Shown here: positions 9,537 through 17,991 of the stretch, piece by piece
Layout: each line of letters starts with the position of its first letter
Position numbering within the stretch: the first letter of the stretch is position 1
Source: an uncultured Acidobacteriota bacterium
Lineage (GTDB): Bacteria > Acidobacteriota > Blastocatellia > Pyrinomonadales > Pyrinomonadaceae
Direction: 5' to 3'
DNA length: 64,000 nt
Assembly (NCBI GenBank): GCA_963738935.1
Contig: CAVTYF010000001.1
Coordinates: 3,310,275 to 3,374,274, forward strand
Translations under genes and position numbers: made by a program
The notes under the pieces: model-generated
What the model was told of the DNA's origin: nothing
The model's input: only the letters and a program-made list of their open reading frames with translations
Databases searched by the model: none

Positions 9537-9875
9537 ATGAATTTCTATGTCCTCGCCGTGTTCGCAACGGTGCTTATCCTGGTTGGCGTGTTGGGATTCA
9601 TCATTCCCGAGAACAAGAGTCTAACGAGCGGTGCGCCGGCTTACAACATTTTTCACATCGTGTTCGGCTTTATCGGACTAGCGATTTTGTTTTCAGGCCT
9701 TGATATTATGCACCGGGCTTTTAACATTGGTTTCGGCATGATCGATCTTTATCAGGCGGCCGCGAGTTTTCTCGGAATCTTTCCAAAAAGCCTCTTCAAA
9801 TGAAAACGCGCCGATGATATTTTGCATGTTATCATCGGCGCGTTTCTGGTGCTGGTCGGCGCGGCCGCGAGCTAG
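9537..9875 (+). pseudogene. DUF4383-like small membrane protein interrupted by an in-frame TGA at 9801..9803
   Basis: The listed ORF ends at 9803. The same frame continues as KRADDILHVIIGAFLVLVGAAAS to TAG 9873..9875. This repeats the internal N/DxxxHxxxG motif (first copy YNIFHIVFGFIGL) expected at the C-terminus of this family. RBS GGAGAG lies before ATG 9537. Confidence 0.5.
9805..9844. terminator. perfect 15-bp hairpin between or overlapping convergent genes; candidate bidirectional terminator
   Basis: aacgcgccgatgata-(10 nt)-tatcatcggcgcgtt. It begins 2 nt after TGA 9801..9803, with A-run and T-run flanks. Confidence 0.4.
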
Positions 9876-11962
9876 TTGGTATAGCCCGGAATTGGTTTGT
9901 ATTCGGTGACCTTATTTATCTCCTGATCCTTCGCGTCCGCGAGGTCTTTTCTCACCAGCAAAACCAGATTTACGCCGGGTCTGAGCGGGTAAACGCCGAC
10001 GTATTTATAGTGGAGCGAATATTTCTGGTTTATCGCCTGATCCTGATCGCCCTTTTTGGCAACGATCATCTCGGCGGTGTTTGCCTCGACGAGCGAACCG
10101 TGGAAATTTGCCTTGTAGTTATGCAGATACCACGTCAGCGGCCAATATTCGGGCGAGACGATCTCGATCGTCGCATCGAGGTTTTTGCCGCTCTTGCCTG
10201 CGTACCGCTCGATCTCGGCAACCATATCATGCAGCCCGCGACGTGTATGAGCGTAAACATACGTCATGTCCTCGTCGTCGTAACGGACAAAGTTAAGCTG
10301 GTAAGTCTGGTAGGCGAGTACGCATGTACCGATAATTGCAAGAGCCGAGGCGGCATATTTTTGATTGTTGCTGCCCGATGTAAACATCTGCCCGATACCG
10401 TATCCGGCGGCGATACACATCGGCAAAAGAAAGCTGAGAGCGAGCCACGGCGTCTTATACGGAATGATCGAATACGCCATCGTCAGCCCGACCGCCCAAA
10501 ATGCCGTAAATATCGCAAACCTGTGCTTGCCCTTTAGGAGGGCGATCAAAACGCCGACGGCCGAAAGGATCAAGATCGGGGCCTCGGCTTTCATTCCCCA
10601 CTTTATGTAGCCGGTATAGCCGCTTTGAGTATGATCTTTGTTACCTGTTTTCGTCCAGATCGCGTAGGCCTCAAAGGCTTTGGAAATGCCGTCGGCATAT
10701 GTAAAGAAAGAAGAAAAGAAAAGAACGCTGACGTAAATAAAGGTGGTCACAACCGCCGCGCAGATCAGTATCAGATCGGCGCGTTCACCGAGGCCGTGAG
10801 AAAAGTTTTTCCAGTTTACTTCGACCGGTTCGGTAAATTCGGTTTCGTTCTTCTTTCTCAGATCGGATAAAAATATTGCCCACGCCGCGACAGCACCCAC
10901 AATCAAAAAGATAATGCCGTAGAAAACAAAATTCTCAGCCGGTTTATTGACGGGCAAAAACGTGTCCGACAGCCACTTGCCGCTATCGGCGATAGCGTCG
11001 CGCTTGAAGAGTGCGATGGCCAGAACGAGGCCATGCACGGCCAACACGATGCCAAACCAGTTTCTTTGAAACAGGCTGCTTTCCCTGATCTGCGTCCACG
11101 CCCAAACGCTGACGCAGGCTATCGCCATCGTGCCGAGCGTGATAAATGCCGTTTCCTTGGTCGCAAAAAACAAGGCAACCGACGCCGATGCCAGGATTAG
11201 ATAGATCGGTCGTCCCTCGTCCCACGCCAGAAGCTTGCGGATTAGGAAGTAGGAAAGGCCTGCGGCCGCCAGAAAAAACACGATCCTGAACGCAAAAAGG
11301 GCACCCTCATTATCGCCGCCGACAAATTTAGACAGATTCAGCGCCGTCGGGGCAAGGGCCGTAAAAAGCAGGATCGACATCCATGCAATGGCTCCGGGAC
11401 CCGCCCTTCGCTTCTCAATAAAGAAAAGCACGGAAACGGCAATTGCAAGACTTAGAAAAACAAAAAATATCTCGTGGATAAAGTATCGCGAGATATAGAC
11501 CATACCGGGCGACAAGGCGATAAAAAGAGCGGCCAACAGCGTCCCCGTCTTGCCCATATAACGTTTCAGATAGAGCGCGAGGACGACCATCAGCACACCA
11601 AAGATCGACATGCTGACGCGAACCGGAACCGTCTCGAGACCAAAAAGCTTGGCAAACACGACCGAGATGTAATACAGCGTCGGCCCGTGATAGTTGGCCG
11701 GATCGTATTTGTAAATGCCGTCCTTAAACAGCGTAGTCAGGAAAAAACCGTTGACGCCCTCGTCATGATGCAGCGGCTTGAGACCGAGCATAAAAAACCG
11801 CAAAAATGCCGACAGCGCAATGATCGCCGCCGAACATCCCAGCCAGACGTTGTCACGGTCTGACGATGTCGGCTTTTCCGGCACGCTAGATACAATTGCT
11901 GGCGTTGCGGCGATTTCGTCATCAGCCGCCGCTATTTCGGGCGGCAACGTACTCTTGCTCAT
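9872..11962 (-). CDS. TIGR03663-like (ArnT/Agl23-like, GT-C fold) polytopic membrane protein
   Basis: 696 aa with many TM helices. The N-terminal LKPLHHDEGVNGFF motif is characteristic of the TIGR03663 family. Confidence 0.65.
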   Translation of the reverse strand: MSKSTLPPEIAAADDEIAATPAIVSSVPEKPTSSDRDNVWLGCSAAIIALSAFLRFFMLGLKPLHHDEGVNGFFLTTLFKDGIYKYDPANYHGPTLYYISVVFAKLFGLETVPVRVSMSIFGVLMVVLALYLKRYMGKTGTLLAALFIALSPGMVYISRYFIHEIFFVFLSLAIAVSVLFFIEKRRAGPGAIAWMSILLFTALAPTALNLSKFVGGDNEGALFAFRIVFFLAAAGLSYFLIRKLLAWDEGRPIYLILASASVALFFATKETAFITLGTMAIACVSVWAWTQIRESSLFQRNWFGIVLAVHGLVLAIALFKRDAIADSGKWLSDTFLPVNKPAENFVFYGIIFLIVGAVAAWAIFLSDLRKKNETEFTEPVEVNWKNFSHGLGERADLILICAAVVTTFIYVSVLFFSSFFTYADGISKAFEAYAIWTKTGNKDHTQSGYTGYIKWGMKAEAPILILSAVGVLIALLKGKHRFAIFTAFWAVGLTMAYSIIPYKTPWLALSFLLPMCIAAGYGIGQMFTSGSNNQKYAASALAIIGTCVLAYQTYQLNFVRYDDEDMTYVYAHTRRGLHDMVAEIERYAGKSGKNLDATIEIVSPEYWPLTWYLHNYKANFHGSLVEANTAEMIVAKKGDQDQAINQKYSLHYKYVGVYPLRPGVNLVLLVRKDLADAKDQEINKVTEYKPIPGYTN

Positions 11963-12018
11963 GCCGCTTTGGCGAAGCGGCCACTGATTTGTTTTTCTTT
12001 TTCTTTGCCATCTTCGAT

Positions 12019-14056
12019 CTAGTTCACCTTATAAACACGATACTGTCCCGCCTCAGTGAGGACTGGGAATTTCTTAAAAAATTCTTCGTTTGCCTTGAGG
12101 GTATTTCGCTCCTCGGGCGAGATCAGAACGTAATCGACATTATATTTCCTGAGCAAAATATCCGCCACGCCACCGCCCTGATAGATTTGTTTGACATCGG
12201 ATTCGCGCGGATAATAATCGATGCCGTGCGACGACAGATGGCCGCTGTACCGCATTACTGACTGGCGGCCAGTTAAGACGACTGCCGAATTAAAGGTCGG
12301 GGCGTTGAGGAAAATTGCCTTCGGATCAGTTTTGAGCTTAATCTGCTCGGCGACCTTGATCGCATCGGCGTCAATGACGCCGTACTTTATCTGACCCGAA
12401 ACCGTCCGCCATACATCGAGCGAACCCGAGAGTATCAGACCGGCAAAACAGACGCCCGCCGCGATCCGCAGAGCTTTGTTCTGCTCCCACGCCCACGCCA
12501 GGGCCAGTGCGACGAGCGGAAGAGTTCCGGCAAACCAGTAAATCAGTATCTTGATATTGTCCCATTCCCACGGTGCTAGTTTGGCGGCGTTTGAGACAAT
12601 AAAGAGGAACAAAAACGGAAGATAAAATAATACGAGTGTTTTTGCTAGCGGGTTTTCAGTCGCGCCCTCGTTCTCGTCTTTTCTTATTTTTCCACCAGTC
12701 ATGTACACCCAAATTCCGATGGCGAGGATCGGAATCACCAGGCCCGTGTTTGTAAACCAAAACCAGACAAAGTCGGTCTCGCGTTTGTCCCAACCGAAAA
12801 ACCATGCAAAAAACTTGGTCGATTCCGTGGCGGTTCCGGTCATCAGCCAGACGAGCTCGGGTATTGCAACGACGGCAACCCCGACCCCAAACGCGACCCA
12901 TTGCATCCATCTATCAAGCCGCATTACAAACAAAAACGCCGTGACGATAAACAGCACAACCAGGCTGTGCATGTGGATCAGAGGCAACGTACCGGCGAGG
13001 AGACCGACGAAGAAAGCGGCTATGGGAAAATGTGAAAAAGTGAAAAGGCGATTTGCCGACGGCAGCGTCTGACCACCTTCCTCACCTTTTTCACTTTTTC
13101 CCGTTTCAACCTTTTCACTTTCTTCCTTTTCATTTTTTCCACACGAGAACACCTTCCACAAATAGCTAAGGACGAGCAGGGTTAACGGCATTCCCAGCAG
13201 CAGGCTTCGCTGCGTCATAAACAGGACGACCAGCGAATTGCCCCAGCGAAATTTGTCGTTGATTGTATAGTCTTTGGGCAGATTCATCAGAAAATCGTAA
13301 AGCCCTTTGCCCGATGCCGACAGATCGCCGGCCATCCACGCGAACCCAAGCCCGCCGCTCAGGAAAAGCAGAACCGGGGCAAAGCGGCCCGCGAGTTTAT
13401 TGCCCGTCAGCTTCGTCACAAAACTTTCAAGAATCACAAACAACGAAAACGCCCACGCCACATTCTGGACAAACATCGCGCTGATCACGTCCGAGCCAAG
13501 CCTGACAAAACAAGCGCTCAGCAGGTCAGCGACAAAGGGATAGGTATATTTCGCCCCGGCCCACGACGGGTTTAGAACCGGAAAATTGTTGCCCTCGGTA
13601 AAGCTGAATATCGTGCCGAGATGGTACGGTAAATCGCCGAGGTTCTGTGAGCCGCCAGTGTGGATGCCGCCGTTTAACATGAACATCGTCTTGTCAAAAA
13701 ACAGCCAGAAAAAGCAGAAAAAAGCCCGCGTAGTAGGCAAAACGCCTGATCTTTTTCGGGTTTGCACCTTGCAGCATACCCTTTGCCATGGCCCAGTCGT
13801 GCATGAAATTCTTGCGGATGTCCGGACGCCTCATTAGAAGCAAGGGCATCAGCGTAAACGCCAAGGCAACGATCAAAAAGGGTATGCTAAACCCCGCGAT
13901 TGACGCAAAAACAAACGACGCGACCCCAAAAATAGACGAGCCAATGACCGTACCAGCCGACAACCGCCACAACATCGGTTTTTCCTTCGCGACCAGATAG
14001 GTCAGCGCCATTCCGCCAAAAGCGAGCAGGGCAATCAAGATCATTGAGATGAGCAT
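12019..14056 (-). pseudogene. large polytopic membrane protein (GT-C/PMT-like), split by a frameshift in an A6/T6 run at 13696..13701
   Basis: ORF 13694..14056 ends ...YYAGFFLLFLAVF*. ORF 12019..13767 reads ...FFCFFWLFFDKTMFMLNGG. Removing one T from GTTTTTTGA (minus strand) joins them as ...LFLAVFDKTMFMLNGG... Confidence 0.6.
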
Positions 14057-14178
14057 ATTTTTTTCGCGGGTGTAGCTTCCTAGATAAGTTACTTAAATTG
14101 GGCTAAAAACACAATTTTACTAGACGTTTTGCCAGGTGGCCGTGGTTCGCCAGACAATTTAGGTTACATTAATCTCCG

Positions 14179-15048
14179 ATGCCTTTTTTCGTCGGCCCAA
14201 ATCCGTACTTTCCGGACGACACGCTTTTCGATCTCGAAGACCGCCCATTGCTGATCGTCCCCGATCGCGGCGACGGTGAATCTGTCACAATCGATCGGAA
14301 AGGAACCATCGAATGCCCGCCCTTCGCTGAAAACGTCCCGCCCGGACAGTGCCCGGTCGTCGTGACATCGTTTACGGTCGGCGAAAATGAGGAAGACAAA
14401 GCGGGCGTTGCGGTCGATGAATCGATCCATTTTCAGGTACTCGTTATTCCTCGTGCGGTTAAATCCATACTAGTGAACGACCGCGTCAGATCGGTCGAAG
14501 TCGACAGCTATCTTCCGTCGGGCGATTCGGCGGACGCGGAATATCGCCTGCATATCAGCCATCTGCGGCCAGGTTTTTATGAGGCGATGATAACTTTTCC
14601 GGATGATTCGTCGGGCCGGTTGACGTTTATAAAGTTTTTCCCGACCAGGTTCTCTGCGGCATTTCCCGAAACGCTAAGGAGTGAGGACTCGATCAAGGCC
14701 GATGACCAGGTAAAAATGGTCACCGTGAACGCCAATGAGCAGAATCAGGAATCGGAATTGCTCAACAAAGCCCTCGAGCTCGCGACCGAATGGGGCGAAA
14801 ACTTTCGCAAACCGATCCACGACCGTATCCGCTCGTTTTATCCAACGATCTCGGACGAAGAGATCGATCGGCTGACAACATGCTCTAACGCGGCCGAATC
14901 GTACATTTACGCCCTCGGTGAACGCGAACTCGAGGGCGAGATTCACGAAGCCGATCTGGTGCGACTCGCTATCGAAAAATACCCGTGGCTGAACAAACAC
15001 AATGTCAACCGGCTCACAGGAATTGCCATGTATTACGCCCGACGATAA
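14179..15048 (+). CDS. hypothetical protein
   Basis: 289-aa ORF with no competing ORF of similar length. No motif recognised. Confidence 0.5.
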   Translation: MPFFVGPNPYFPDDTLFDLEDRPLLIVPDRGDGESVTIDRKGTIECPPFAENVPPGQCPVVVTSFTVGENEEDKAGVAVDESIHFQVLVIPRAVKSILVNDRVRSVEVDSYLPSGDSADAEYRLHISHLRPGFYEAMITFPDDSSGRLTFIKFFPTRFSAAFPETLRSEDSIKADDQVKMVTVNANEQNQESELLNKALELATEWGENFRKPIHDRIRSFYPTISDEEIDRLTTCSNAAESYIYALGERELEGEIHEADLVRLAIEKYPWLNKHNVNRLTGIAMYYARR

Positions 15049-15058
15049 ACCAAAAACA

Positions 15059-15090
15059 GTTTAGTGCTTTTTGGTGTTTTTTCGTGGTTC
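15059..15090. repeat. solo arm of a CACGAA-type palindromic element
   Basis: gtttagtgctttttggtgttttttcgtggttc is about 85% identical to the right arm of the element at 57194..57225. Its reverse complement contains gaaccacgaaaaaacac, identical to 57116..57132. Confidence 0.45.
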
Positions 15091-15165
15091 CACCCGGTCA
15101 CCTTCGCAAAACACCCGTTAAACATGTAAAATTAAGGTTTTTGAACCGAACGGAAAATCGCCCTT

Positions 15166-16269
15166 ATGTTACAAGCAGGAATCGTTGGCTTGCCCAACGT
15201 TGGAAAATCGACACTTTTTAACGCCTTGACCGCACAGGAATCGGCGCTGGCGGCAAACTACCCTTTTGCGACCATCGAGCCGAATGTCGGCATGGTGGCC
15301 GTTCCCGACGAACGGCTCGCTGTTCTCGAAAAGCTGAATAAAGCTCAAAAAGTGGTGCCGGCAATGGTCGAGTTTTTGGATATCGCGGGCCTCGTTCGCG
15401 GAGCGTCGAAGGGCGAGGGTTTGGGCAATCAGTTCCTCGCGAATATCCGCGAGACGCACGCTGTGATTCAGGTCGTACGGTGCTTCGACGACGATAATAT
15501 CATCCACGTCGAGGGATCGGTCGATGCCGTCCGCGACATCGAGACCATCCAGATCGAACTCGCCCTCGCCGATCTCGCCTCCGCCGAAAAGCGCCGTGAA
15601 AAGGCAAATCGTGCCATCAAAGCCTCGGGCGACAAGGCCGCAAAATTGGAGATCGAGATCCTCGACAAGATACAGCCGCTGCTCGAAGAAGGCCGTCCGG
15701 CACGTGCCGCCGATCTCACCGACGACGAACGTACGAAGCTAAAAACGTGGTTTTTTCTCTCGACAAAACCAACGATCTACGCCGCAAACGTCGATGAAGA
15801 AACGCTCGCCGATCCGGACGCAAACGCCCATGTCCAAGCGGTCAAAAAGCACGCCGCGAGCGAAAATGCCGACGTAGTAGTCATCTGTGCCAAGCTCGAA
15901 GCCGAACTCGTCGCTCTCGACCCCGCAGAACGTGACGAATACCTAAAAGACCTCGGCCTCACCTCAAGCGGCGTCGACGAGCTTATCAAGGCCGCCTATC
16001 ACATGCTCGGCTTGATGAGTTTTCTCACCGCAGGCGAAAAGGAAGTTCGTGCGTGGACGATCCCGATCGGCACCAAAGCTCCGCAGGCCGCCGGCGAGAT
16101 CCACACCGACATCGAACGCGGCTTCATCCGCGCCGAGATCGTGGGCTACGACGACCTCGTCACCTGCGGCTCACGCAAAACCGCCCTTGAAAAAGGCCTA
16201 GCCCGCGTCGAAGGCAAAGAATACATCATGCAAGACGGCGATGTGGTGGATTTTCGGTTTAATGTGTAG
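15166..16269 (+). CDS. ychF: ribosome-binding ATPase YchF
   Basis: 367 aa. MLQAGIVGLPNVGKSTLFNALT P-loop at the N-terminus, and the C-terminal TGS-like end ...GKEYIMQDGDVVDFRFNV. Confidence 0.95.
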   Translation: MLQAGIVGLPNVGKSTLFNALTAQESALAANYPFATIEPNVGMVAVPDERLAVLEKLNKAQKVVPAMVEFLDIAGLVRGASKGEGLGNQFLANIRETHAVIQVVRCFDDDNIIHVEGSVDAVRDIETIQIELALADLASAEKRREKANRAIKASGDKAAKLEIEILDKIQPLLEEGRPARAADLTDDERTKLKTWFFLSTKPTIYAANVDEETLADPDANAHVQAVKKHAASENADVVVICAKLEAELVALDPAERDEYLKDLGLTSSGVDELIKAAYHMLGLMSFLTAGEKEVRAWTIPIGTKAPQAAGEIHTDIERGFIRAEIVGYDDLVTCGSRKTALEKGLARVEGKEYIMQDGDVVDFRFNV

Positions 16270-16527
16270 GAAGACCGGAAATAAGAAATCCTAAGTCAGA
16301 AATCAGAGTAGGATTCTGGATTCTGAATGGAGAAGATAAAGCTCTGCGGGCCATACCTAGAGAGTATGCGGCTCGACGTTAGAGAGATAGTTGCTTTTCG
16401 ATTGAGTGTCCTAACCAAAAGTATTAGGACGCCAAGCGAATCGATGCAGGCTGAGCGTGAAGGATCACACTGCGGTTACTTACCGCGATTGGTTGAAACC
16501 TCTCCGACGAAAAGGGCTTTCTATCGT

Positions 16528-16737
16528 TCATGCATTTAAAGCTAAGATTGCACAAGAGTCTAAACTGCAATGGGGATGAGTTTTCTCCGCCCAATCTTCC
16601 CCGGTATTATCATGACCTTGTTTGAATAGCACCCGCCCGTAGCCTTCGATGTCACACCAAAATTTGAATTTAGTGCCCATCTGCTCTTGAAGTCGCTCTA
16701 CATCCTCAGGAATTTTGACAATCTTAAACTCAGGCAT
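16528..16737 (-). pseudogene. possible N-terminal remnant of a HipA-like kinase toxin
   Basis: 69-aa ORF. GTKFKFW...LFKQGHDNTGEDWAEK resembles the start of HipA-domain proteins, but the ORF terminates early and no continuation was found in any frame. Confidence 0.3.
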
Positions 16738-16821
16738 CTCTTTATATTAGTCAATCATAACCTACTGCAAAAGGAGCGGTTGAGGAAGGTTTGGAAGTGT
16801 TGTTCGACCTGACGAGTATCT

Positions 16822-17307
16822 TTGCATTTAGTAGCATTGGTGCTATATTGGTGCTATAGTAAGTTTGAGATGATACACGGCCTGACTGGCAAAAAACACT
16901 TGACGATGTTCGTAATCGTCTTTTTGTGTCTAAATGTCGGCGGTGTATTTTGCCTGACGTACTGTACCCAGATCGCGATGGCGGCTCCTGCGGCCGGCGA
17001 TGATTCGCACCTTTCCGAACATTGCCGCAAGGCAAAACAGGCGGCTGAGGAGAAAAACAAAGATTCTTCCCGCCTTCAGGCAGCCGAGGCTTCGTGCTGT
17101 ATGATGCCCGTCGCTATGTTCGCGGCACCGGTTGAGAAACGGCCTGAATTTGCCGTGAACCTGGTTGTCGAGGCTCCGCCTGAAGTTAAATTCGAGCGTA
17201 CCGCTCCGGTTTTTTCCGCTCACACTTCCATTGCCATGCCGGTCTATCGCCCACCGCCGCTCGACCGGCGAGGTGAACGCATTCTCCATTCTGTCATTCG
17301 TATTTAG
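16822..17307 (+). CDS. hypothetical membrane protein at the head of the copper cluster
   Basis: The ORF has a TM segment (MFVIVFLCLNVGGVFCLTYC), Cys/His/Met patches (SEHCRKAK, ASCCMMP) and a PPP-rich C-terminus. The true start is probably internal (16870 or 16906). Confidence 0.35.
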   Translation: MHLVALVLYWCYSKFEMIHGLTGKKHLTMFVIVFLCLNVGGVFCLTYCTQIAMAAPAAGDDSHLSEHCRKAKQAAEEKNKDSSRLQAAEASCCMMPVAMFAAPVEKRPEFAVNLVVEAPPEVKFERTAPVFSAHTSIAMPVYRPPPLDRRGERILHSVIRI

Positions 17308-17414
17308 CTCAATTTGCGCCCGTGAAGTATTCGCTTCACGCGTTTTCGCCCGCGCCCGTCTGTCATTTGACGCGGGCTAAACCTTTTATTTTGAGTTTTT
17401 TACGGAGACATATC

Positions 17415-17921
17415 ATGAGATCGAAAATTTTAGTTATTATCACCACCGTCCTCCTGTTCGGAGTCGGTTTTGTTGTTTACGCTTACAATTCCGCCCAGTC
17501 AGTCACCGAGACCGTTGCGGCTTCGTGCTGTAGCTGCTGCGGCGATTCGTGCCCGATGAAGGCGAAAGATGCCAAGGCCACCGCCGAGGCAAGCCACGAG
17601 TGCTGTTGCAAAGGCGACGGAGCCTCTTGCCCAATGAAGTCAAAGGACGGCAAGTCCGGCGACAAAATGGCGATGTCCGCCGACGGCAAACATTCGTGCC
17701 CGATGATGTCAGGCGATGCCGCTCATAAAATGGAGCCCGGCATGAAGCACGACATGAAGATGGCAAACGGCGAATCTTGCCCGATGATGAAGGACGGCAA
17801 GTCGGCCAAGATGGACGAGATGCACAAGGGTATGCCCGGAATGGATCATTCGAAGAGCGGCCATTCCTGCCCGTGCTGTAGCCACAATAAAGAGAAAGTT
17901 ACGACAGACGGAGCGATCTGA
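17415..17921 (+). CDS. membrane-anchored Cys/Met/His-rich protein with repeated SCPM motifs; putative Cu(I)/soft-metal binding protein
   Basis: GGAGA RBS before ATG 17415. Signal-anchor MRSKILVIITTVLLFGVGFVVYAY. Motifs in order: CCSCCGDSCPMK, ECCCKGDGASCPMK, HSCPMM, ESCPMM, HSCPCCSH, with many Met/His between them. Confidence 0.6.
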   Translation: MRSKILVIITTVLLFGVGFVVYAYNSAQSVTETVAASCCSCCGDSCPMKAKDAKATAEASHECCCKGDGASCPMKSKDGKSGDKMAMSADGKHSCPMMSGDAAHKMEPGMKHDMKMANGESCPMMKDGKSAKMDEMHKGMPGMDHSKSGHSCPCCSHNKEKVTTDGAI

Positions 17922-17991
17922 TCGCTTAGCCATCTGTGTTCCGAGCCATGGCAGATCGCCGTGGCTCGGAATGCGGATCTAAATTTGTCGT

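Noticed and set aside
9801-9844. Selenocysteine insertion (UGA plus SECIS) as the primary explanation for the in-frame TGA
   Set aside because: The geometry is suggestive, so the locus is kept as a finding. However, the position lies in a membrane-helix linker with no redox context, the hairpin lacks the features I remember from fdhF-type SECIS loops, and the window has many other lesions. A nonsense mutation or base error is more parsimonious.
16303-16321. Possible att-type remnant of the tRNA 3' end (gtaggattc) at the far side of the copper island
   Set aside because: Only 9 nt match the tRNA T-arm region (ggtaggattcgaacc). That is too short to distinguish from chance, and no integrase is present.
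16293-16321. Hairpin aatccta-(15 nt)-taggatt after ychF, considered as a terminator
   Set aside because: The stem is a weak 7 bp with a large loop and no U-tract.
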